Source: Heteronotia binoei (lineage: Eukaryota). From it: a stretch of DNA of 64,000 nucleotides. The notes below the pieces were generated by a model that was given only the letters and a program-made list of their open reading frames with translations, ran no database searches and was not told where the DNA came from. Made by a program: the position numbers and the translations under genes. Shown here in pieces: positions 51,739 through 63,736 of this stretch. The stretch is taken from positions 248,620,001 through 248,684,000 of the forward strand of contig NC_083223.1 of the NCBI RefSeq assembly GCF_032191835.1. Direction: 5' to 3'. Position 1 is the first letter of the stretch. The number at the start of each line of letters is the position of its first letter.

Positions 51739-52262
51739 CAATAATAATAATAATAAATTTTATTTGTATCCCGCCCTCCCCGCCGAAGCAGGCTCAGGGC
51801 GGCTGACAGGACATGGTCTACGCCATGAATCGTATAAAACAATTTTTAAAATACAGTTAATAAATACATTTAAAAACAGTTACATAAAAATTTAAAACTA
51901 CAATAAATTAGGTGCTATTTCCAATAGATGTATTCCGGCGGCTAGATATCGTTTTCAGGGTTCCTTATAAGCTTGCAGAAAGAGGGTGGTTTTGCGAGCC
52001 CTGCAGAACTGATTAAAGTCCCGCAGGGCTCGCACTTCCTCCGGTAGTTGATTCCACCAGTGGGGGGCCATTATAGAGAAGGCCTGCTCCCTCGTTACTT
52101 TCAGTTTGGCCTCCTTTGGTCCAGGGATCCTTAAAAGGTTTTGGGAGCTAGATCTTAGTGCTCTCTGGGGAACATGTGGAGAGAGGCGGTCCCTAAGGTA
52201 GGCAGGTCCTCGGCCATATAGGGCTTTATAGGTAATGACCAGCACCTTGTAGCGAACTCGGA
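51739..52262 (-). mobile_element. L2 LINE 3' fragment
   Basis: YKALYGRGPAYLRDRLSP peptide. The (aat)n tail and atcccgccctccccgccgaagcaggctcagggcggct are shared with the copy starting at 57280. Confidence 0.85.
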
Positions 52263-52334
52263 ATATAATAGCAAAGGAGTGTTGCTATCATTGCATCAGC
52301 CCACCCCTGGCCATCCCAACTGTTGCATCTACAG

Positions 52335-53035
52335 ACTCCCATGCTTTTTTGTTGTTGTCCAGTCACACAGTCGGGTCTGACTCTTTGCGACCCCATGGAC
52401 AAAGTCATGCCAGGCCCTCCTGTCTTCTACCATCCTCTGAAGTCTGCTCAAATTTATGTTAGTTACATCAGTAACATTGCCCAGCCATCTCATCTTTTGC
52501 CCTCCCCTTCTCCTTTTGCCTCTGTCTTTCCCAGCATCAGGGTCTTCTCCAGTGAGTGCTCCCTTCTCATTTGGTGGCCAAAGTATTTGAGCTTCAGCAT
52601 TTGACCTTCCAGGGAACAGTCGGGTGATTTCCCTTAGGACTGACTGATTTGATCTTCTTGCAGTCCAAGGGACTCTCAAGATTCTTCTCAAGCACCACAA
52701 CTTGAAAGCATCTATTCTTCTGTGCTTGGCCTTCCTTATTGTCCAACTCTCACAGCCATACATTACTACTGGGAATGCCATCGCTTTGACTATACAGACT
52801 TTGGTTGACATGGTGATATCTCTACTTTTTATTATACTGCCCAGGTTCACCACAGCTGTCCTCCCAAGGAGCAAATGTCTTTTAATTTCATGGCTACAGT
52901 CACCATCTGCAGTGATCTTGGATCTCAGAAATTTGAATTCTGTCACTACTTCCATGTTTCCCCCTTCTATTTGCCAAGGAGTGATGGGGCCAGATGCCAT
53001 GATCTTAGGGGGTTTGTTTATGTTGAGTTTCAAGC
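52335..53035 (-). mobile_element. RTE/BovB LINE 3' fragment
   Basis: MASGPITPWQI.G..MEVV, KITADGDCSHEIKR.LLLGR, VMYGCESWTI.KA..RRIDAF.LWC; (caa)n tail. Confidence 0.92.
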
Positions 53036-56000
53036 CATGCTTTTGGCTTTCTGCAAATTCTGAAAAGCAGAACCATTCAGGAGGGCATTTTATAAATGAA
53101 ACATGGTTGCATTATATATCTGGAAGACATTTTAAGTGGGTATAACCTTATGCCATAAAAGGTTACAAATTACACAACCCCTTACTCACCTTCCTTTTCC
53201 AAACTCACTGATGCAAATTCAAATGTTAATGGGAGCATCTGTGCAACTGGCAGCTAGAGATTCGTTTTATAATCAATAGCAGTATTTGGTGCTAGTCAAT
53301 TATACATTTAGTCAAATGACCTCAAGGTCTTTGGTCTACTTGTTATGCAATAACTGGAACTGGGAATAACATTTGGGGAGAGGGGCTTGAACCCCACTCG
53401 CATTTCCTTGGCTGCTAACCATCACCCCTGCTTTCTCCTGATATGGGGGCCTGTGCTGGAGGGCCCCTGACTGCCTAACTGTAGCAGCAGCACCTCTCTC
53501 AGCCTCTCTGTCACTAGGTCCTCATGAGAAAGCAAACTGAGGACTAGGGGGGCTACTGTGATAAGCAAGGTGATGGCTGTGTGAACTTGGCATGGTGGTG
53601 CCAGAGAGGAGCTGGACAGGCTCAGACTTCTGGGTCATTTAAAGTAGAGAAGCTGCTGCAAGGGGTGGGAATGTGACTTTATTATATTTATGAAAACAGT
53701 TATACAATCCCTCCATTTCTTATGGTTCATGGTGGTAAGAGGGGGAGGGAACAGTGAAGAAGAAGCCTGCTTCAGGCAGCTGCTTCTCCTCTGGTGATTT
53801 CTGGCAAGTGGAAGAGATTAGCAACACTTTCCTTTTCTCTCACTCTGCTTTTCCCCCTCAGCCGCCATCTCCTTCAGTGACTCAGCACCTCAGGGGTTCT
53901 CTCCACATTGAACTTGAGGGTGTGACAGAATCCAGCAGGGCTGTTCTCTGAGGGCAAGTAGTGCAGGCTGACCTAATTGGAGACTTTCGCTTCTACCTGA
54001 GCATTGCCTGCCTTTCAGGAATCCCTCCCTGCTTTCTTAAATGGCCTGAAGGGAAGCTGTCCCAGGGACCAGTTTCTCTTCAGAGTGAAGAATGCCCTGG
54101 AGCCTCCATGCTTGAGAGGAGATGGATGGAACCTAATGATAGACTCACCATTAAGGATACATCAGTCTCCAATTCTGACCTATTTTTTCCCTTTGCTGTC
54201 CCCACCCCCACTTTAGACCAGACAGATGATGGCCATAAAACCAAGGCTATTATTCTTTTCATCTGCTAAAAACATCTTCACTATTTTACATGCTAATTTG
54301 CTGCCCACCTTCTATATGTACTATTGCTATTTCTAATTCCATTTAATTGCCTAAGTGTGCTTGCACACAAAAGCTCACCTTGAATAAAACTTTGTGGGTC
54401 TTTTATGTGCCACTGGACTCATTTTGGAGCTTGAATGTCCTTCTTTTGACATACATTGCACCTTGGGTCCCAGTGGATGGTGGTGGTTGGGGGGAAAGGA
54501 AGGAAGGGGACTCCATCTCAGCATCCTTCCGCACCTTTTTATTGACACACTCTAAACTTGCTAGGAATTGAAAGATGCTTCTCTTTTTTGACTGAGGGAA
54601 AGGGTTCTGCAGCCATCAGTGAGGAAATTATTGTCATGGAGTTTAACTGCTTGATTGCTTTATTGCCTCTTGCTGTGGCCTCTGGCCTCCATGACAATTG
54701 GACCCTACAATCTTTGTCAGTTAGAAATTCTATCATGTGGTAGCACAAGAGGCCTTTACATCAGGATGCTTTACAGTCTGCGTTCCCCTCTGTTTTATAT
54801 TTCTGTAACATCTGGTCTGATAAAGAGTTCTGGGGAAATTGAAAGCTTACACACTGATGGGTTGGTCCTAATAAAAAGAATGACATGGATGGTGGTTTTG
54901 GCTGTTCGCGAGGACAGATTTTTAGTCCAGTGGCACCTTTAATACCAAGCTCATATCTTGAATAGACTTTTGTTGGTGTTAAAGGTGCCAGACTCAAAAA
55001 TCTGTGCTACTGCTTCAGACCAATATAGCTGCCCACCCAGATCTACCTTCATGGTTGGCTGTTTGTTGTTAGTCTTTTACATGCTATCAAATATGACACC
55101 ATCCCTGCAACAGACTCATATGTGGCACTGCCCCTTCTCCTTTTTTCCAGAGTCACAAGGGCAGGTAGGTAATTTCCTTTTCTTTTAACTAACAACTGTG
55201 GCACAAATAGTCAGCTCTTGGCATTCAATATCCAGCAATCTTTGTTTAATCAAACCACAGGCTGATCTTTCTGGCAGGAGGAGTAATTCCCCAAGGCTAA
55301 CCCCTATTTGTGCGATCTTCCTTTCTATATGAAGAAACCAGGCAGAAGACTGGGACTCAACAAGCATTTGCAAAATAAGATGACTGGAAACAGTTCTGAA
55401 GTGCAACCTGAGCCAGAATTTGAATGTTATAATCCAAGCTTTGTCTCTAAGGAGTCTTTGGTTAGTCTCCAAATGGCTGTATAAGGCACACAAGGGGGAA
55501 GACCTAGTATTTTCTGCAAAAATTTAGATCAGAATTTTTCTGTGTCCTTATTGATGGCCATAATCCAAACTGGGATCCCATATAAAAATTTGACACTGAT
55601 CTTATGGTTGAAGACCCTGAGAGCAGCAGGAACATATTGATTGCCCTTAGTATAGTAAAAGCGGGTAATTGCAAGTATGTTGCTGTTAACAGATTTGGTC
55701 ATTTCCTTTTTATGAGCAACTAAGTTTTAACCTTTTTTAAGACTAGCTACCTTGAGACAACTATATCAGCTGGGATCTTGAGTTCCTAAATATTCATGAA
55801 ACCCCTCCTTTTGCAAGTCCAGATAAATTGGCATAATGGTGGGCTAATTTTAAGCAACTGATAGCAGTAATCTGTGCTTTCTGAAGCTGAAGAGTTTAGG
55901 AAAGGGTTTGTTTTAGTTTCCCCACCTGTACCTTGATTAATTTACTGATTTATTTGCTTTATTCTTACCCCACTTTCCTCTCTCATAGGGACCCAAAGTG

Positions 56001-57438
56001 GCTTACATCATTCTTCTCTATTTTATCCTCACAGCAACCTTGTGAGTTAGGATAGACAGAGTGTGTGAGTCACCCAAGGTCCTTCGCAAGCTTCCATGGT
56101 CAATTGAGGATCTGAACCTGCTTCTCCCAGATCCGAATCTTACTCTAATATGCCATGATGGTAAATGCTAGGGCTGCCAATTCCCCACTGGGCCAGGGGG
56201 GTCCCCCACTCCCACCCCCGCTGGGGCATCCCCCTGCTCCTGCCTCCCACTCAGATAGGCAGCAGGAAAAAAATTTTCTTTTTTAAAGGCAGCCTTGCAC
56301 ATATGGTGCTGCATCATTGCAGTAAAAACCTGGAAGTGATACGGAGTAGCAATACAACTCACTGGGAACTCAACAGTTTTATCCTGGAGATGTAGGGGTG
56401 AATCCTAGGGAGCGTAGAATTTGGGGATGTGAGAGACCTTACTGGAACATCATGCCACAGTATCCACCTTCCGAAGCAATCAGATTCTCCATGGGACCTG
56501 ATCTCTATAGACTGGAGATCAGTTGTAATTCTGGTAGGTCTCCAGGCCCCACCTGGAGGTTGGAAACTTTGGAGCAAGTCTTCAAGTGGATTCACTTGCA
56601 GCTTAAAGAGACAAAAGAAGGTGGAGGAGTGTGTGTATACAGAAAATGTCTTTATTGTGTCCACCAAATGAAGTTTCTTTTAAATAATATTCAGTTGAAA
56701 CAAGGACAATAGACAGATGGGGTTAATCTGCATCAGCTTCAAGGGCTAAACAGTTCAGTGACCTTACTATAAATGCTTTGTGCATCTATGCTGTGCTCCA
56801 AGTGTATACAAAAATTTCAAATATCCTATTCCCAATTTCCCTTCCTTTGAGGATAATGTGCTGACTGCAGACTGTATATTGATGTTTTCATAAACCACTA
56901 GCCTGTACATCTCTTGCTCCTTTGAATGATGGTTCAGAACAATAAGGTATTCACAGAGAACACTCTACAGACAAGACTCTTTATGATGTCATTTCTTATC
57001 TCCATTCAGAACCTAATAATCCTGCAGAGGAAGCTGTACCCTCCCATCAAAACAACCAGGCTAATAATTAAACCCCTGAGGATGAAGCAGTGGAAGACAC
57101 TCTCCAGACCTCAAGAGCCAGCCTGTTTGTATCTGAGGAAATGTGTGTGCCTGCTTGAGTGCTCATGCTACTGAGATCAAAGGTTTGCTCCATTTGTTAA
57201 TTTTACTATTCTGTCATTGTACCATTTTACATTCTAAACCACTGCCTACCAGATAATTTTACTTCACTGTCATTGGTTCTTAATAATAATAATAGTACTT
57301 TTTATATCCCGCCCTCCCCGCCGAAGCAGGCTCAGGGCGGCTCACAACATATTAGTTCAATACAATACAGTAAAATCATATAATTCAATAAATACTACAT
57401 TATAAAACCATCATTTAAATCAACATTCCAATTAAAAT

Positions 57439-58671
57439 TAGGCTTCCCAACCCTCCCGCCCTGGCAGGGGACCCCCGTTTTTCCAGCCTCTTCCCCCGCT
57501 CCCCCCAAAAATGGAAGCGGGGGAGGGGGCGAAACGGCGCCAAGGAGCGGGCGACGCCGCTGCGCAGCTGCCGCCTCTTCTCCGTAGCTGCTCCTCCGAG
57601 ATGGGCTCAGCCTGAGGAGCAGCTACAGAGAAGCGTGGCGAGCCCCGAATCTGGGTCCTTCTAGGACCCCGAGCAGCAATGCTGGAGAAGCAAGGGGGGC
57701 GCACTTTGCTTCTCCACCTGGGCCCTCTGCTGGGCCTATGGCTGCGCGGGCGGCAAGGGGCATGCTGGGTCGGCCTCGCGGAGGGAAGCTTGTCGTGCGC
57801 CTCGGCCTGGAAGTGGGAGTCGTCGGCCAAGAGGGTGGAGGTGGCGGCGTAGGACAGCGGCGAGCCCAGGCAGGCACTCTGGCGGAGGGCTTCGCAGGGC
57901 GCGGTGCGCTTGCAGCGCCGCTCTGCCGCGTAGCTCCCGTTGGCCGCCCCCGCCGCGCCCCGCACCAGCCCCCCGGCCCAAGCAGCAGCAGCCGCCACCA
58001 GCCCCCCATCCCGCCCGCCTAGCAGGGAAAAGTGGTGCGTACGTAAAGTTGGGCAGAGGTGCGCCTCGCCTCTCCCTCGCTTCCTTTGTTGCCGAGCCCG
58101 GCAGGCAAGCAGGCAGGGGGCGAAGGAAGGAGGGAGCGCGCCTTGGCCCGGAGCCCCAGAAAGTTGCTCGGGCCGGAGGAGGAGCCCGCCCGGGAATCGC
58201 CCTCTCCAAAAAACACCCCCACCTTCTCCAAGCCACGGGCCCAGGGGACAGGAGCGCGCCCCAGGAGGGGGGGAAAGCGCGCGCCTCACTCAGCCCCAAC
58301 AGCTTAAGGAAGGGAGGGAAGGCGAAAGGAGAGAGGGGCCAGCGCGGGGAAAGGGGTGAGCCCCACCCCTCTCCCCGAGGCATGCAAGCGATCCGACCCT
58401 CTTTCTCTGCCTCTCTCTCTCTCTCTCTCCTGCGCAGGAATGTTTGAGAGGGAGAGGACCCGATCCGGAGTTGCAGTTGCAGCTAGAGTAGGGTTGCCAA
58501 CCCCCAGGTGGGGGCAGGGGATCCCCCGGTTTGGAGGCCCTCCCCCCCTTCAGGGTCGTCACAGCCTTGACCTTGGCTCCACCCCTAATGTCTCCTGGCT
58601 CCACCCCCAAAGTCTCCTGGCTCCACCCCCAAAGTTCCCAGATATTTCTTGAATTCGACTTGGCAACCCTA
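57439..58671. mobile_element. Non-autonomous hAT element carrying captured host sequence (Pack-TIR-like)
   Basis: Left TIR taggcttcccaac, right TIR cttggcaacccta. Identical 8-bp TSD attaaaat at 57431-57438 and 58672-58679. Very GC/CpG-rich interior with no transposase. Confidence 0.9.
57786..58009 (-). pseudogene. SMO: Captured fragment of Smoothened exon 1 (signal peptide and start of the CRD), frameshifted and truncated
   Basis: MGGWWRLLL, then a 2-nt remnant, then [65 protein letters not shown]. Compare human SMO as recalled: [44 protein letters not shown]. Homology stops before the exon 1 donor, and I saw no other SMO exon in the window. Confidence 0.9.
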
Positions 58672-59899
58672 ATTAAAATTAATAGTTATGGTGCTAAGTT
58701 ACAAGTTTTTAATAGATTGATGGTGAAATACAACAGCAGCGAATCTATCATTAGCTCAGCATTCAGCGAAGGCCATCTTAAAGAGAGTAGTCTTGCAGGC
58801 CCTGCGGAATTGCTCAAGACTCCGTAGGGCCTGCACTTCATCCGGCAATTGATTCCACAGGTGTGGAGCTGCGATAGAGAAGGCCCATTCCCTTGTGTTC
58901 TTCAATTTGGCCCCCCTCGGCCCAGGGATATTCAGCTGGTTCTTTCCCCTTGACCTCAGTGCTCTCTGGGGTTAATATGGGGAGAGAAGGTCCCTCAGGT
59001 AGGCAGGCCCTCGACCATATAGGGCTTTAAAGGTAATAACCAGCACTTTGTACCGAACCCGGTATGCAACCGGCAGCCAGTGCAGCCCGCGCAGCCCCGG
59101 CCATATGCGCTCCCACTTTGGGAGCCCTAACAACAGTCTAGCCGCTGCGTTCTGCACCAGCTGCAGCTTCTGGGTTCAGCACAAAGGCAGCCCCATGTAG
59201 AGGGCATTACAGTAATCCAGTCTTGAGGTGACCGTTGCATGGATCACTGTTGCTAGATCCTGGCGCTCGAGGAAGGGGGCCAACTGCCTCGCCCGTCTAA
59301 GATGAAAAAATGCGGACTTGGCAGTGGCTGCTATCTGGGCCTCCATTGACAATGAAGGCTCCAGTAGAACCCCCAAGCTCTTGACCCGGTGTGCCACTTC
59401 CAGTGACACACCGTCAAAAACTGGGAGAGGAATTTCTCTTCCCAGAGCGCCACAACCCAAGCAATCCATCTTCGTTGGATTCAGTTTCAACCCACTCAGC
59501 CTGAGCCAACCTGCCATGGCTTGCAGCGCCAGGTCCAGCTTTTTTGGGACGCAGTCAGGCCGGCCATCCATTAGTAGATAGAGCTGGGTGTCATCCGCAT
59601 ATTGATGACACCCCAGCCCATACCTCCGGGCAATCTGGGCAAGGGGGCGCATGTAGATATTAAATAACATTGGAGAGAGAACTGCTCCCTGCGGCACCCC
59701 ATAATCTAGTGAGTGCCTCTGGGACAGCTCTCCCCCAATTGCCACCCTTTGTCCCCGTCCATCAAGGAAGGAGGAAAGCCACTGTAAGGCCAACCCCCTA
59801 ATCCCTGCATCTTAAATCTGTACCATGTTGCATTCTGGGCCACTGCCTACCAGCTGTGTACGGCTCTGCTCAGCTATGTATGGCTTTGCTCGCTGTGCT

Positions 59900-60000
59900 G
59901 AATTCCTCGTCTGATGAAGTGTGCTTAAGAGCACATGAAAGCTTACATTCTAAATAAAAATTGGTTGGTCTTAAAGGCGCAACTTGACTCCTGCTTTGTT
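59900..60000 (+). mobile_element. Penelope-like element terminal remnant
   Basis: ctgatgaagtgtgcttaagagcacatgaaagcttac...aataaaa..ttggtcttaaagg. Degenerate relatives at about 46340-46450 and 54350-54430. Confidence 0.55.
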
Positions 60001-60375
60001 ATGGCTCCAGATATCTATTGACTGTTATGCGCTTCGGATGAAGCACATTGAAACTTAACTCTAAAGGAGCTTTGCAGCAGGAGGACTTAAAGACGTTGTC
60101 TATACAGAACCCTGAGATTTGGTGGAGGGCTGCCAAAGGGTGGAGGGATTCTCTAGTTGTAATGTTAAGAATGCAGTTCTGACCAGCATGCCACCAGTCC
60201 TTCCAGCTGGGAGGGCCACCCTGTTCCTGCTTGGAAAACACAGCCTGCATCTTTGTGTGGAACTATGTAAGCCATGCAAAATCACATGATAAAAACCAAG
60301 TGCATTGCTAATTATTAACAGCACCATCTCCAAAAGTATGCAAACCAGGGCTACGATACTGAACATATCGTAGCA

Positions 60376-60659
60376 GGAGAGCCAGTTTGGTGTAGTGGTT
60401 AAGTGCGTGGACTTTTATCTGGGAGAACCAGGATTGATTCCCACTCCTCCACTTGCAGCTGCTGGAATGGCCTTGGGTTAGCCACAGCTCTTGCAGAGGT
60501 TGTCCTTGAAAGGGCAGCTGCTGTGAGAGCCCTCTCAGCCCCACCCACCTCACAGGGTGTCTGTTGTGGGGGGAGAAGATATAGGAGATTGTAAGCCACT
60601 CTGAGTCTCTGATTCAGAGAGAAGGGTGGGGTATAAATCTGCAGTTCTTCTTCTTCTTC
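60376..60659 (+). mobile_element. Full-length Squam3-like SINE
   Basis: ggagagccagtttggtgtagtggttaag head through a (ttc)n tail. Confidence 0.88.
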
Positions 60660-62039
60660 ATATTGAACAGCGTTCCTCTAACTTCAACTCTCAAAGAAGT
60701 ATCTTGGCACTCTGAGACATAGGCCTGAAGTAAAGATGCTCTTGGCAACTAATCCTCTAAATCCCAGATCTAGGTGGCAACATCAAGGGAAGGCCTTGGC
60801 CCCTGTGCCCTGATATAGGCTGGCTGTCAGAGGAATTGGTTGGCCATTGTGTGAGACAGGATGCTGGACTAGATGGACACTAGTCTGGTCACTGCTCTCA
60901 ATGCATTCATGAGCGACATGACTAAACATTAGTCAATTGCTCCAAAGAAGTCTAGTGACTACTGGAGCACCAATTGGTGCTTGCAACAGCCACCCATTAG
61001 GGTTACCAGATGTACGACCTCCTTTTTTTGTGCCCATCCTCTTTTGGGCTGTTCTTAAATAACTGATGAAAATGTCTTCTTTGGGGGCTGGAAGGTTAAG
61101 AATATTCCTAGTTAGTAGCAATTATCACAGCTTAAATAGTAGGGGTATTTAAAATGAGATTTGTCATAGTCAAGAAATGTGTTCTCTTTTTTGCTTTTCA
61201 AAATATAGTAACCCTAGCCGCTGCCCAATTGACTAGTTGTTGTTAGCCTTGTTTCTATGAAACTTGTCACCCGCAAGCTATGAAACTTGGCACCTACAAG
61301 CTACATATCCAAATGTTATCATCATATCAGTGGATTCATATATTGCAAAAGTTAGAATTGTTAAGCAGGATAGGCAGGGGGAGAAAGATGGCGCTTTCAG
61401 AAGAACTGCATTTCTAAGAGCACACTGCAGCTTATCAGAAAAGAGTTTAAAAACTAACTCAACCCCACTTTGGAAGTGGGGCACAAGTGGATTTGCGTGG
61501 AAAGGTTCTAAACTGTCTGTTAGCAACTGGCCGCCAAACATGGTTGTGTCTGAAATGGCACCCAAAAACCCCCAGTAGCCACTGGCAGCCCAGACAGTTG
61601 ACAAATGCAGTGTGAATGGGCCCCAAGCATCTGGAGCTGATCTGCTCTGCTAGTAAAACTTTGAGCCACATTCAGCCTGGCCAGTGATGTCTCAGCTCAG
61701 CTCTCCAAGTGAAGCTGATTTCTGTAGTCTGGAGACGCGTTGTGATTCCAGGAGACCCCCCAACAAGCCTGTGAGGTAGGTCAGGCTGAGATTGTCTGAC
61801 AAGGTCATCCAAAGAGCTTTCATGCCAGAGCCGAGATTTGAACCTGAGCCTCGGGTCCTTGTCTGATGCTGCACCAGGCTGCCTGCCTACGGTGAACAAA
61901 AAAAGGGAACTTCCATATATTTCGGCAGAATCCCTCTGAATATCAACGCTGGGAGGGCAGCATCAAAGGCAGGTGTTTGCCTGTCCGCCCTGATGGTTGG
62001 CCCTGCAGGGCAACTTGTTGGCGGGGGTGAAAGAAGAGG

Positions 62040-62800
62040 ATGATGGCAGGGCAGCTTGGGGACTGGGATGGGCGTGTGCTTCTTCCAACTTCTCCGGGCT
62101 TCCCGCGCCCTGCCAGGGCGGCGAGCGAGGCAAAAGCCAAAGCCCTGCCAGAATCCAGATGTGAGGCTGGGGGCCCTTCCAGCGCCGGCGCTTGGCAGCA
62201 GCTGGCTCCCCGGCCGGTCCCCCCGCTGGCGCGCACCAGTGGCCCACGTGTGCGCCGCCCGGGCTGCATTGCGGCTCCAGCTGCTGCCCCGAGCAACCGA
62301 GGGAAGCGATGCAGAGGCAAAGCAGGTGAGAGAGGAGGAGGAGGGGGGGGGGGGGTGAGGCGGCTCCAGGCAAGCGGACGGGCGGGGGTTGCCCTTCCCA
62401 GCTGACGACGGTCCCCTGCCCCGGGAAGGGGTGCGGCTCTGTCCCGAGAAAGGAGAGGGAGGGGGCACCGTCTAGGACAAGGGAGCACCATCTCGAGCGG
62501 TGGTGCAGCGGAGGGAGGGCTCCCTGTGTCTGGCCGGACTGGCTGGAGTGGCGAAGACCGGTGAATGGGGGGTTGAGGGGGGGGTCCTACCAGCCCTCCA
62601 TGCCCCCTCCCTACTGTTGTATGCCGGTGCTCTTCCTGAGGATCTGCGCGCCCCCTTCGGCTCTTCTTGTGGCGTGTCCACGCGAGGGATTCCCCGAGTT
62701 AGAAACAAGAAGTCCCTGATGAAAGCCAAATGAATCGCGGGGGCGGGGGGTGGGGGGGAGAAGAAGAAAAACCGCGCTCCTGGGTTTCCCTGGCTCCCAT
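62040..62800 (+). promoter_or_regulatory. CpG-island-like promoter and probable first exon of an unidentified gene
   Basis: High GC and CpG content with no TIRs or TSD found. E-box cacgtg near 62245. Donor aagcag|gtgaga near 62325. Confidence 0.5.
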
Positions 62801-63475
62801 TGCTCGTCCTCCTCCAAGTCCTGGTCCACGGCTAGGGTTGCCAGCTCCAGGTTGGGAAATTCCTGGAGATTTGGGGGCGGAACATGGGGAGGACAGGGAC
62901 CTCAGTGGGGCACAACAACGCCGCAGAGTACGCCCTCCGAAGCATCCATGTTCTCCAGGGGGACCAGTTTGTGTAGTCTGGAGAGGCGTTGTCGTTCCTG
63001 GAGATCCCCAGGCCCCACCTGGAAGTTGGTATCCTCACCCGCCCCTGCCCCAGTCTGTCCTTCAAGGAGGGACGGCTTTCCCTTTAGTCCCGACTTCCAA
63101 ACAGCCCACAAATCCTGTCCTGGCTCTGTTAACTGGTTTCTCTTATGATTTGGAATCCTATTTTATGCCAGCTTCGCTTTGAAACACCCTTTGTTTTTAA
63201 TCAAAACCTAATGAAGGGACACATCTATATACAAGCAGAAGTGGGCTCTGATTCACAGAGGGATATGCTGTAGTGAATTGTATGCAATTGGGTTAAAGAA
63301 TAGAAAGTGACACTGGGAAGAATAATAGAAAAGTATGGAAGGCAGTTAGAGTGCTCTCCTAATAATAACAACAACTGTCTGCAGTTGAGTCACAGCTGAC
63401 TCAGTGCAACTCCAGGGCCATGGAGTTTTCAAACCCAGAGATGAGCAAAGGTTTGCCATAGCCTTTATCTGCATA

Positions 63476-63736
63476 GAAGAAGAAAACCTTGATTTATATA
63501 TACCCTGCCCTTCTCTCTGAATCAGTCTCAGAGCGGCTTACAATCTCCTTTATCTTCTTCCTCCACAACAGACACCCTGTGAGGTAGGTGGGGCTGAGAG
63601 AAGCTGCCCTTTCAAGGACAACTCTGTAAGAGCTGTGGCTGACCCAAGACCATTCCAGCAGCTGCAAGTGGAGGAGTGCAGAATCAAACCAGGTTCTCCC
63701 AGATAAGAGTCCACACACTTAACCACTACACCAAAC
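63476..63736 (-). mobile_element. Squam3-like SINE
   Basis: Reverse-complement full-length copy. Confidence 0.85.

Larger units (their letters stand above)
57280..59812 (-). mobile_element. Young L2 LINE 3' part, interrupted in its 3' UTR by the hAT at 57439-58671
   Basis: ORF 59176-59793 with GVPQGAVLSP and HQYADDTQLY; downstream MQNAAARLL..LP.WE and YKALYGRGPAYL; (aat)n tail at about 57280. Confidence 0.92.

Noticed and set aside
53400-55500. Further short GCKR-like peptide echoes (STGPHI, GP...NFLT, DIECQELTICA)
   Set aside because: Too short and without splice-site support. They cannot be collinear with the left-hand candidate, which shows how easily such matches arise by chance.
57786-58480. 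Functional SMO gene
   Set aside because: It is frameshifted, lacks the end of exon 1 and its donor, has no further SMO exons visible, and is enclosed by TIRs and a TSD inside an L2.
61280-61625. 108-aa minus-strand ORF as GCKR exon 2 or another coding exon
   Set aside because: Only an NPL...QC coincidence, with no splice sites; the right end looks like a DNA-transposon terminus.
61887-62829. Overlapping ORFs of 70-193 aa on both strands
   Set aside because: Low-complexity products expected from stop-poor GC-rich DNA; no recognisable domain.
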